Assembly (NCBI GenBank): GCA_963704165.1
Contig: CAVPHD010000003.1
Location: 352,001 to 416,000 of the forward strand
DNA length: 64,000 bases
Direction of reading: 5' to 3'
From: an uncultured delta proteobacterium
Lineage (GTDB): Bacteria; Myxococcota_A; UBA9160; SZUA-336
In this document: positions 38,611-46,784 of the stretch, piece after piece
How the letters are laid out: every line of letters begins with the position of its first letter
How positions within the stretch are numbered: the first letter of the stretch is position 1
Position numbers and translations under genes: made by a program
Notes under the pieces: model-generated
What the model was told of the DNA's origin: nothing
The model's input: the letters and a program-made list of their open reading frames with translations, nothing else
The model's database searches: none

Positions 38611-39426
38611 ATGCACAAAGCGGGTGAGTCGCTCTGGATCGGCGTCGCGCTCGCGGTTCTCGTCTCACTCGCACCCGTTGGCGCAGCGCAGGCCGCAGGG
38701 TCGATCAACGAGGTCATCGACTGCGCGCTTCGCAGCTTGCCGCCATCGGTGCGCGGCCGCTTCGTGCTCTCCTGGCGCAGCGCGACGGGCGACGAGCGCG
38801 TGATCGCGGGCCAGTACTGGGGCGAGCAGCCGCGGGAAGGCGCGCGCAGGGTGATCGTCGCGTCTTCGGGCCTTCGATCCGAAACGAGCGCCGCGTACCT
38901 GTTCAGCGAGGGGGACCGGATCGGCGAAGCCTGGATCTGGAAGCCCGGTCACGAGGGCTCCGTGCGCATCGAGCCGAACGGCGCCGCGGGAGAGCTCTTC
39001 GGCACCGACGTCGACCTCGAGGACTTCGCGCGATTCGCGCGCTTCCTCTTCCCCGCGCAGCTGCGCCGACTCGAGGACCGGGTGATCGAGGGGCGTTCCG
39101 TCTTCGTCGTCGAGATGACGCCGTCTCCGGATTCGGGCTCCGAGTATTCGCGGATCGTCACTTCGATCGACAAGGAGTGGTGCGTGATCCTGCGACGCGA
39201 GGGGTACGAAGCGGACTTTCGCGGTGGCGCGGAGCCTCGCAAGATCCTCAGCGCCGACCCGAAGAACGTGAAGCACGAGATGGGATTCGCGCGCGTGAGC
39301 AAGGCGCGTCTTCAGGACCTGCGCGACGGCTCGGAGACGACCGCCGAGCTCGAAGACCTCGAGCTCGAGGCGGCGCTTCCCGCCGACTTCTTCACGCCGG
39401 AGAACCTCTCCACCACGTTGAAGTAG
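38611..39426 (+). CDS. Secreted LolA-like (outer-membrane lipoprotein-sorting) protein
   Basis: Signal peptide AQA-AG; AWIWKPG..LFGTDVDLEDF; SEYSRIVTSIDKE; LPADFFTPENL. Confidence 0.72.
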   Translation: MHKAGESLWIGVALAVLVSLAPVGAAQAAGSINEVIDCALRSLPPSVRGRFVLSWRSATGDERVIAGQYWGEQPREGARRVIVASSGLRSETSAAYLFSEGDRIGEAWIWKPGHEGSVRIEPNGAAGELFGTDVDLEDFARFARFLFPAQLRRLEDRVIEGRSVFVVEMTPSPDSGSEYSRIVTSIDKEWCVILRREGYEADFRGGAEPRKILSADPKNVKHEMGFARVSKARLQDLRDGSETTAELEDLELEAALPADFFTPENLSTTLK

Positions 39427-39487
39427 CTCGCGGGGCTGCGACCCGACGGTTGGAAAACCGCGTGGGTCGTCCGTATGCTGGCCGCCC

Positions 39488-40144
39488 ATGTCCTACACGC
39501 TGTCCGAGCACGAGTCGAAGCAGCTGCTGAGAAGCGCGGGGATTCCCGTTCCCGAAGATGCGCTGGTCGAGACCGCGGACGAGGCGGTCCGCGCAGCCGA
39601 AGCGCTCGAATACCCGGTGGCGCTCAAGCTCTGCGGGCGTTCGATCGCGCACAAGACCGAACGCGGACTCGTCCGGCTCGGGCTGCGCGACGCGGAGGCC
39701 GTGCGTTTCGCGGCCGAGGCGCTGCTCGAAGCGAGAGGACCCGCCGACGGCGACGCGAAGCTGCTCGTGTGCCGCATGGTCGGCGGTCGACGCGAGCTGA
39801 TCGCGGGGCTGGTACGCGATCCTCAGTTCGGACCGTGTGTGATGCTCGGCCTCGGCGGGATCTTCGCGGAGGCGGTGGGCGACGTCGCCTTCGCGGTAGC
39901 GCCGCTCGCGAAGGGCGATGCCGAGGATCTGATCGGCGCGCTCCGATACTCGAAGCTGCTCGGCGCCTTCCGCGGCGAGCCCGAGGTCGATCGGCGCAAG
40001 CTCGCCGACGTTCTCGAGGCGCTCGGTCGGCTCGGTGCCGCGCGCCCGGAGATCCGTTCGATCGACGTCAATCCGCTGATCGTCTCGGGGGACACGCCGA
40101 TCGTGATCGATGCGCTCGTCGAGCTCGAAGGCGACGCGCGATGA
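39488..40144 (+). CDS. ADP-forming acyl-CoA synthetase, ATP-grasp (beta) subunit
   Basis: LSEHESKQLL, YPVALK, HKTERG, RDPQFGPCVMLGLGG, DVNPL. Confidence 0.9.
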   Translation: MSYTLSEHESKQLLRSAGIPVPEDALVETADEAVRAAEALEYPVALKLCGRSIAHKTERGLVRLGLRDAEAVRFAAEALLEARGPADGDAKLLVCRMVGGRRELIAGLVRDPQFGPCVMLGLGGIFAEAVGDVAFAVAPLAKGDAEDLIGALRYSKLLGAFRGEPEVDRRKLADVLEALGRLGAARPEIRSIDVNPLIVSGDTPIVIDALVELEGDAR

Positions 40145-41610
40145 CGGGCGTCGTCGAGAAGTTCCGCCCGCTCTTCTACCCGCGCGGCATCGTGGTCACC
40201 GGCGTGTCGCAGCACCCGGGGAAGTTCGGAGCGGTCGCGTTCCACAACCTGATCGCCTGCGGCTACCAGGGTGAGCTCTTCCCGATCAATCGCGAGGGCG
40301 TCCCCTCCTTCGATCGACCGACGTACAAGAGCGTGCTCGAGGTACCCGCCGGGCGGGCCGATCTGGCGTTCATCTGCACACCGAACAGCGCGAACGAGCA
40401 GCTGCTTCGCGAGTGCGCGCAGATCGGGGTGCGCGCGGCGTTCGTGGCCTCGGCCGGCTACGGCGAGGCGGCCGACGGCCACGAGGCGGAAGCTCGGCTC
40501 GTCGCGCTCGGCCGCGAGCTCGGCATCGTGATCGCCGGACCGAACGGACAGGGACTGATCTCGACACGCGTCTCGATGTGCGCGCAGATCGTCGCACCCT
40601 ACCCGCCGCCTGGACCGATCTCCGTCGTCTCGCAGAGCGGCAATCTCGCCTCGAGCTTCATGAATTACGGGTGTCTCACCGGCATCGGGATGTCGAAGGC
40701 GATCTCGTGCGGGAACTCCGCGATGCTCGAGCTCGCCGACTACCTGGAGTACTTCGCCGAGGATCCCGAGACGGCCGTCTCCCTCGGCTATCTCGAGGGC
40801 GTCGGAAACGGACGGCGCTTCCTCGACGTCGCGCGCGCACACACCGCGAAGAAACCCTTCGTCGTGGTGCGCGGCGGAGTCACGAGCGCGGGAAAGCGTG
40901 CCGCGAGCAGTCACACGGGCGCGCTCGCCTCGGACGACGGCATCTTCTCGGGCGTCTGCCGCCAGGCCGGCATCACGCGCGCGGAGACGATCGAGGAGGC
41001 CTACGAAGCCGCAGCAGCGTTCGCGACGCAGCCGCTTCCACGCGGTCCACGCACGTTGATTTTCACCGTCGCGGGTGGTTGGGGTGTGCTGACGTCGGAT
41101 GCCTGCGTGCAGGCGGGGCTCGAGCTGATCCCGCTACCCGACGATCTGCGCGCGAAGATCGACACGATGGTCCCTGCGCGCTGGAGCCGCAGCAATCCGA
41201 TCGATCTCGCGGGCGGCGAGACGCGCGACACGATTCCCGAGGTGCTCGAGCTCATGGCGGCGCATCCCGACGTCGATGCGATCGTCTACCTCGGCATCGG
41301 CATCCAGGCGTCGCAGGGCCAGATGTTCCGACGGGGTCCGTTCTGGCCCGATCACGGCCTCGAGCGCATCGGCAGCTTTCACGAGAGCCAGGACCGCCGC
41401 TATGCGCACGCGGCGGCCGAAGCGAGCCAGCGGCATCGCAAGCCCATCCTGATCGCGTCCGATCTCGTCTACACGGATCGCGCCTACGGGAATTCGGGAC
41501 CGATGGGCGTGGCCGAATCGGGGCGCGTCACATCCCCGTCGGGGCACCGCGCGATCCGAACGCTCGCGCACATGGTCCGCTACGCGCGCCACCGAGAGCG
41601 GATCGCGTAG
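40141..41610 (+). CDS. ADP-forming acyl-CoA synthetase, CoA-binding (alpha) subunit
   Basis: GPNGQG, VSQSGN, YLEG, ASSHTGALA (phospho-His), NPIDL; ATGA overlap. Confidence 0.9.
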   Translation: MTGVVEKFRPLFYPRGIVVTGVSQHPGKFGAVAFHNLIACGYQGELFPINREGVPSFDRPTYKSVLEVPAGRADLAFICTPNSANEQLLRECAQIGVRAAFVASAGYGEAADGHEAEARLVALGRELGIVIAGPNGQGLISTRVSMCAQIVAPYPPPGPISVVSQSGNLASSFMNYGCLTGIGMSKAISCGNSAMLELADYLEYFAEDPETAVSLGYLEGVGNGRRFLDVARAHTAKKPFVVVRGGVTSAGKRAASSHTGALASDDGIFSGVCRQAGITRAETIEEAYEAAAAFATQPLPRGPRTLIFTVAGGWGVLTSDACVQAGLELIPLPDDLRAKIDTMVPARWSRSNPIDLAGGETRDTIPEVLELMAAHPDVDAIVYLGIGIQASQGQMFRRGPFWPDHGLERIGSFHESQDRRYAHAAAEASQRHRKPILIASDLVYTDRAYGNSGPMGVAESGRVTSPSGHRAIRTLAHMVRYARHRERIA

Positions 41611-41629
41611 ACGTTCGCCGCGATCCGAC

Positions 41630-42118
41630 TCAGAGCCGCCCGCTCACGCCGAGCTCGACGTGCAAGACGCCGTTGATGCGGGTGCTCTTCACGGTGGTGA
41701 TCCGCCCGTTCTTGCTCGCGAACAGACCGAACTCCGGACCCACGCCCTGGGCCTTGTCGATCGTCCAGCCCTCGGCGATGAGATTCCGATTGAAGAACCG
41801 GTAGACCTCTTCGGGGTCGAGATCTCCGGTGAAGAGCGCGGCATACGAGCCCGCGTGCTCGGACACGACGGACCTCGCGGTGAGCCCCGCGGGGATCGGT
41901 ATGTCGTGGGGAAACGCAGCCGGCAGCGCGTCGTTGCGCGCGGCCTCCGGCTCGGGCTCGGGTGCGGGCTCGCGCTCGTCGTCCGCGGCGAGCGGCGCGG
42001 GCGCCGCGACTTCGCGCACGGGCGGATCGGGCGCGATGGACTCGCTTCCGCTCTGCCCACAGGCAGTCGGCGCGACCAGCGCCGCAAGCGCGAGAATCAT
42101 GCTGAGACGCGCGCGCAT
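41630..42118 (-). CDS. Hypothetical lipoprotein
   Basis: Lipobox-like APTAC, Pro/Glu-rich linker, LPAAFPHDIPIP..FF..L..EGW. Confidence 0.65.
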   Translation of the reverse strand: MRARLSMILALAALVAPTACGQSGSESIAPDPPVREVAAPAPLAADDEREPAPEPEPEAARNDALPAAFPHDIPIPAGLTARSVVSEHAGSYAALFTGDLDPEEVYRFFNRNLIAEGWTIDKAQGVGPEFGLFASKNGRITTVKSTRINGVLHVELGVSGRL

Positions 42119-42211
42119 CGCGCCCTCCCGACGCGGAGCAAGTCGCCAAGATACCACGCATGTCGCGAAGTCGGACACGCGCACGAGTTGCGCATCGCCT
42201 TCCGATCGCTT

Positions 42212-43660
42212 CTAGCTTCGCGACGTGACTCGGCGGATCGATTCGCGCCAGCGCTCGCGTGCGGCGTGGCGTTCGGACTCCGCGATGCGTGGTGAGAAGA
42301 GCGCCGGGGCCGGAAGGAGTTCGAGGCAGGCGTCGGCAGTCGGGAACACGCCCGTTGCGAGTCCGGCGAGAAAGACCGCACCGAGCGCCGTGGTCTCGAC
42401 CTCGCGCGCGCGCGCGATCTCGCTTCCCGAGAAATCGGCGAGCGACTGGAGCAGGAAGTCGCTCTGCGCGAGCCCCCCGTCGACGCGCAGCCGCCCGGAT
42501 TCGATCGCGAAGGCCTCGCAGACGTCGGCACAGCGCATCGCGATTCCCTCGAATGCGGCCCGCGCGAGCTCGGCGCGGCCCGAACCGCGCGTCAGCCCGA
42601 GAAGCGCACCGCGCGCGCCGTCGTCCATGAACGGCGTGCCCAGGCCCTGAAGCGCGGGCACGAACGCGACGCCCGCGCTCGACCCGACCGACGTCGCGAG
42701 CGCCGAGAGCTCCGCCGCATCGCGTGCAATCCCGAGCTCGACCAGCCAATCGATCGCGCTTCCCGCCGTGATCACCGCGCCCTCGAGACAGAACGCACGC
42801 GTTCCATCCGCGAGCCACCAGAGCGCGAGCGGGTAGGCGCCGCCGATCGGATCGACGGGCCGATCGCCGGTGTGGACGTCGATCATGGCCGACGTACCGA
42901 GCGTGAGCTTCGCCTCGCCGGACCGGCGAATGCCCTGCGCGAACGCGGAGGCCTGCTGGTCTCCCGCTCGCGCGGCGACACGGACGGGTGTACCCAGGAG
43001 CGCGGCGGGAGTCTCGCCAATGACGCCGCTCGTCGGCACGATCTCGGGGAGCGTCTCGCGGGGAACCGAGAACAGGTCGAGCAGTCCCTGCGCCCACGCG
43101 GAGTTCGCGACGTCGAAGAGAGCCGTGCACGACGCGTTTCCGGGCTCGGTCACGTGCAGGCTTCCGTTCGAGAGCCGCGACGCCAGCCAGACGTCCGGCG
43201 TGCCGAATCGCAGGCGATGTTCGCGAGCGGCGGACTGCACCGCAGCGTCGTGCTTCATCCACCATTCGAGCTTCGTCGCGGTCGCGAGGGTGTTGATCGG
43301 AATCCCCGCCGCGCGAAAGCCCGCGACGCGCTCGGCCGTGCGCTGATCCTGCCAGGTCTGTGCGGGCGCCAGCGGCCGCAGCGTGCTCGAATCCCAGGCG
43401 AGTGCGCTGCCGCGCTGCGTGACGATGCCGATGCCCGCGACGCTCCTCGCCTCGAGCCGCGCGGTCGCGAGTGCCTCGCGAAGCACGTCTTGCGCGCTCG
43501 AGAACATCTCGTCGGGATCCTGTTCGATCCAGCCGGGGCGTGGATAGCGCGACGCGAGCGGCCGCTGTGCACGGGCGAGCACGCGGCCATCGTCGGAGAC
43601 GGCGAGAGCGCGAACGCTCGTGGTGCCGAGGTCGAGCGCGAGCAGCGTCTGGCCGGTCAC
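42212..43660 (-). CDS. Glycerol kinase-like FGGY carbohydrate kinase
   Basis: LALDLGTTSVR, YPRPGWIEQDP, WQDQRT, GDQQAS, VPALQGLGTP, LRVDGG, ETTALG. Confidence 0.9.
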   Translation of the reverse strand: MTGQTLLALDLGTTSVRALAVSDDGRVLARAQRPLASRYPRPGWIEQDPDEMFSSAQDVLREALATARLEARSVAGIGIVTQRGSALAWDSSTLRPLAPAQTWQDQRTAERVAGFRAAGIPINTLATATKLEWWMKHDAAVQSAAREHRLRFGTPDVWLASRLSNGSLHVTEPGNASCTALFDVANSAWAQGLLDLFSVPRETLPEIVPTSGVIGETPAALLGTPVRVAARAGDQQASAFAQGIRRSGEAKLTLGTSAMIDVHTGDRPVDPIGGAYPLALWWLADGTRAFCLEGAVITAGSAIDWLVELGIARDAAELSALATSVGSSAGVAFVPALQGLGTPFMDDGARGALLGLTRGSGRAELARAAFEGIAMRCADVCEAFAIESGRLRVDGGLAQSDFLLQSLADFSGSEIARAREVETTALGAVFLAGLATGVFPTADACLELLPAPALFSPRIAESERHAARERWRESIRRVTSRS

Positions 43661-45072
43661 GCCCGCGTCGAGCCGCTCGGCGGCACGAGCACACCGGGAT
43701 TCAGCAGGTCGTCCGGGTCGAGCGCCCGCTTCAGCGCGCGCAAGACGCCGACACCCGAGTCGCCGATCTCGTCCGCGAGAAAATCGCGTCGGACTCGGCC
43801 GATCCCGTGGTGGTGCGCGATCCCGCCGCCGCTCGCGAGCGTGGCGCGGATCACGCGCTGCCAGCACTCGCTGTAGATCGCCGGCATTCGCGCCTTGTCC
43901 TCGACGCGCGCCGCGAACGTGAAGTACAGGTTCGTGCCGGAGCGGTACGAGTGACTCGAGTGGGCGCTCGCGAGCACGACTTCGGGCACCTCGCGCAGCG
44001 ACGCGACCGCTTCCCGGTACAGCGGCATGACGCGATCCCAGGTCGCGGCCACCTCGATCGTATCGACGACGAGTCCCCGCTCGTTCAGCTCGCGGAAGCT
44101 CGGCACCCGGTTTCGGTGCTCGAGCCAGTGCTCGACCGCGGCCACGTCGGTAGCGACACCGCCCTCGTCGGCGCAGACCTCCGCGACCCCCTCGACTTCC
44201 GCGGCCAGCACGCGTGCGGGTCCCTCGTGGACCAGGATCAGCATGGAGCGCCCCTCCGGACACTGCTTCGCGAACTGGCGCTGGGATTCGAGCTCGTCGT
44301 AGAGCCGGACGACCGGCGGTCGAAAGCCCACGCGCAGGAATCGGCGGATGGCCTCGAGCCCGCCGTCGAGCGCCGAGAAGTGGAACGCCGCGAGGGTCTG
44401 CGATTCGGGGAGCGGGCGCAGCGAGAACGTGACCTCGGTGACGATGCCGAGCGTTCCCTCGCTGCCCATGAAGATCTGGCGGAGATCCGGGCCGGCGGCG
44501 GCCCGCGGAGTTTCGCGCGTGCGAAGCACGCTGCCGTCCGGAAGCACGACCTCGAGCGCGAGCACGAGGTCCTCGATCGATCCGTAGGCCGTCGAAAACT
44601 GTCCCGACGCGCGCGTCGCAACCCAGCCGCCGACCGTCGAGAGATCGACCGACTGCGGCCAGTGACCGATCGTGAGTCCTTCCGTCTGCACGCGCCGCTC
44701 GGCCTCGCCGCCCATCGTTCCCGCGCGGAAGACGGCCGTCAGGTTGCGCGCGTCGAGCGAGACCAGCCCATCGAGCCCACGCGTCGAGAGCACCACCGCG
44801 TCGGTCCGCGCCTCGATGCCGCCGCAGACCCCCGAGCCACCGCCGAACGGAATCAGCGGCACGCGAGCGGCCCGGCAGAGCCGGAGCGTCGTCGAGACTT
44901 CGTCGACCGATTCGGGGCGCACAACCGCGAGCGGTGTCGGCGCGCCACGGCCGATCAGATCGTGCAGCTCGGCCAGCGCCCAGGTGTCGCGTCGGTGTGC
45001 CGCGAGGGTCTCCGCGTCGGTGTGCACGCGTGCGCCGAGCGCGTCGCGCAGGCGCGCGACGATCCCGCTCAC
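43657..45072 (-). CDS. FAD-binding oxidoreductase, alkyl-dihydroxyacetonephosphate synthase-like
   Basis: PFGGGSGVCGG, GHWPQS..STVGGWVATRASGQFSTAYG, GSEGTLG, AHSSHSY, HHHGIG. Confidence 0.87.
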   Translation of the reverse strand: MSGIVARLRDALGARVHTDAETLAAHRRDTWALAELHDLIGRGAPTPLAVVRPESVDEVSTTLRLCRAARVPLIPFGGGSGVCGGIEARTDAVVLSTRGLDGLVSLDARNLTAVFRAGTMGGEAERRVQTEGLTIGHWPQSVDLSTVGGWVATRASGQFSTAYGSIEDLVLALEVVLPDGSVLRTRETPRAAAGPDLRQIFMGSEGTLGIVTEVTFSLRPLPESQTLAAFHFSALDGGLEAIRRFLRVGFRPPVVRLYDELESQRQFAKQCPEGRSMLILVHEGPARVLAAEVEGVAEVCADEGGVATDVAAVEHWLEHRNRVPSFRELNERGLVVDTIEVAATWDRVMPLYREAVASLREVPEVVLASAHSSHSYRSGTNLYFTFAARVEDKARMPAIYSECWQRVIRATLASGGGIAHHHGIGRVRRDFLADEIGDSGVGVLRALKRALDPDDLLNPGVLVPPSGSTRA

Positions 45073-46706
45073 GACTCCGCTTCCACGAAGTCGAGGTCCG
45101 CGGCGAGTCGAGTCCGCACGCCTTCGACCTGCGCGCGGGTCTGCGCCTCGTTCCACCCCAGGAGCGCTGCCATGCGCGCGCCGGTCGCCTCGGCGATCGC
45201 GACGCCCGCACCGGCCTCGTACAGCGCCGCGCGCGTTCGGCGGTAGATCACATCCTCGACCGTCACGGCGCCTTCCTGCATCACCGCCCAGTCTACTTCG
45301 CCGGTGATCACCGGTGCACCGCCCGCGATCCGCGCCGATCCGAGCCGAGCGACCTCGCCCGCCTCGGTCCCGTACAGCCGGACGAGCCGCATCGCGGACA
45401 CGTGATCGAGCCGGTGGTCGCTCTCGAGAGCACGCGCGAGCGGTTCGAGATCTCCCGGGAAGTCACCGCCCGGGAGCGGCCCCCCCTCCCCGGGAACGGG
45501 AAGCGCGCGGCCGAGCACGCTCTCGACGCGCTCGATCGCGCGCAGCGCGGTCGGCCGGTACCCCGTCAGCTTTCCGCCAGCGACCGTGACCACGCCCGAA
45601 CGCCCGGTCAGGATCTCGTCCTTGCGCGAGATGTCGGTCGGCAGCTTGCCTGGTTCGGCGACCAGGGGCCGAAGGCCCGCCCAAGCGGTACGCACGTCTT
45701 CGACCTCGAGATCGTCCGTCGTCAGATAGCGGCGAAGTGGTTCGAGCAGGTATTCGACGTCGGCGCGCGTGATCTCGGGCCAGACGTCGGCCCCCCGCGT
45801 ATAGGTCGTGTCGGTCGTGCCGACGAAGACGATCTCGTCGCGGCGCAGCGCGAAGATGCTGCGGTGGTCCTGTGTGGCGAGCAGGAGCAGATTGCGGACC
45901 GGCAGGCGCGAGGCGGGAATGCCGATGTGGACGCCCTTCGAGAGGTGCAGAAGCGGAGGCGCGGCCGGATCCTCGAGCTGCCGCAGCGCCTCGACCCACG
46001 CACCCGCGGCGTTCACGACGCAGGCCGCACGCACGTGGATCTCGCGGCCCGTGAACCGACACCGCGCGATGACGCCCGTAGCTCGGTCGTGCTCGACCCG
46101 GATCTCGGTCACCGGCGCCCAATTCAGGGCAATCGCCCCGAACCCGGCAGCGGCGCGCAGGTTCGCGAGCACGAGCCGCGCGTCGTCGGTCAAGTACTCG
46201 CGATAGGCGCAGGCGAAACGCCACTCGCCGCGGTCGAGCGCGGGCTCGTATTCCTCGAGCTCGGCCGCGCCCCAGTTCCGGTGCAGGTCGTCGCGCTCGA
46301 CGGCGCCGAGCTTCTCGTAGGTCGTGATCGCCGCGCGGAACTTCAGCAGCGCGGTACGCGAGCGCACCGGCAACACCATCCAGCGCCGCTCGGCGAGGTG
46401 AGGCGCGAGCCGGAAGATCACCTTGCGCTCGAGCGCCGTCTCGCGCACGAGCGCGACCTCTCCTTGCGCCAGGTAGCGCAGGCCACCGTGGATCAGCTTC
46501 GAGGAGCGGCTCGACGTGCCCGCCGCGAAATCCTCCGCCTCGAGGAGCGCCACGCGCAGGCCACGCAGCGCGGCCTCGCGCGCGATCCCGGCACCGGTGA
46601 TGCCACCGCCGATGATCGCCAGATCGAAGCCGTCTCGCTCGAGCGAATCCATCGCGCGCGCACGCAGAACCGTCGAGATCGATCCCGCCCGTGTCACAGG
46701 TCCCAT
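45069..46706 (-). CDS. glpD: FAD-dependent glycerol-3-phosphate dehydrogenase/oxidase
   Basis: IIGGGITGAGIA, DFAAGTSSRSSKLIHGGLRYL, VGTTDT, WAGLRPL, GGKLTGYR. Confidence 0.9.
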   Translation of the reverse strand: MGPVTRAGSISTVLRARAMDSLERDGFDLAIIGGGITGAGIAREAALRGLRVALLEAEDFAAGTSSRSSKLIHGGLRYLAQGEVALVRETALERKVIFRLAPHLAERRWMVLPVRSRTALLKFRAAITTYEKLGAVERDDLHRNWGAAELEEYEPALDRGEWRFACAYREYLTDDARLVLANLRAAAGFGAIALNWAPVTEIRVEHDRATGVIARCRFTGREIHVRAACVVNAAGAWVEALRQLEDPAAPPLLHLSKGVHIGIPASRLPVRNLLLLATQDHRSIFALRRDEIVFVGTTDTTYTRGADVWPEITRADVEYLLEPLRRYLTTDDLEVEDVRTAWAGLRPLVAEPGKLPTDISRKDEILTGRSGVVTVAGGKLTGYRPTALRAIERVESVLGRALPVPGEGGPLPGGDFPGDLEPLARALESDHRLDHVSAMRLVRLYGTEAGEVARLGSARIAGGAPVITGEVDWAVMQEGAVTVEDVIYRRTRAALYEAGAGVAIAEATGARMAALLGWNEAQTRAQVEGVRTRLAADLDFVEAES

Positions 46707-46784
46707 TGCTTCGCGGTTCCACCGCGGCCTGGCAAGGGCGGCCGCATTGCCCGCGGATCGCCTCCCCCTACAATCGGCTGGCGA

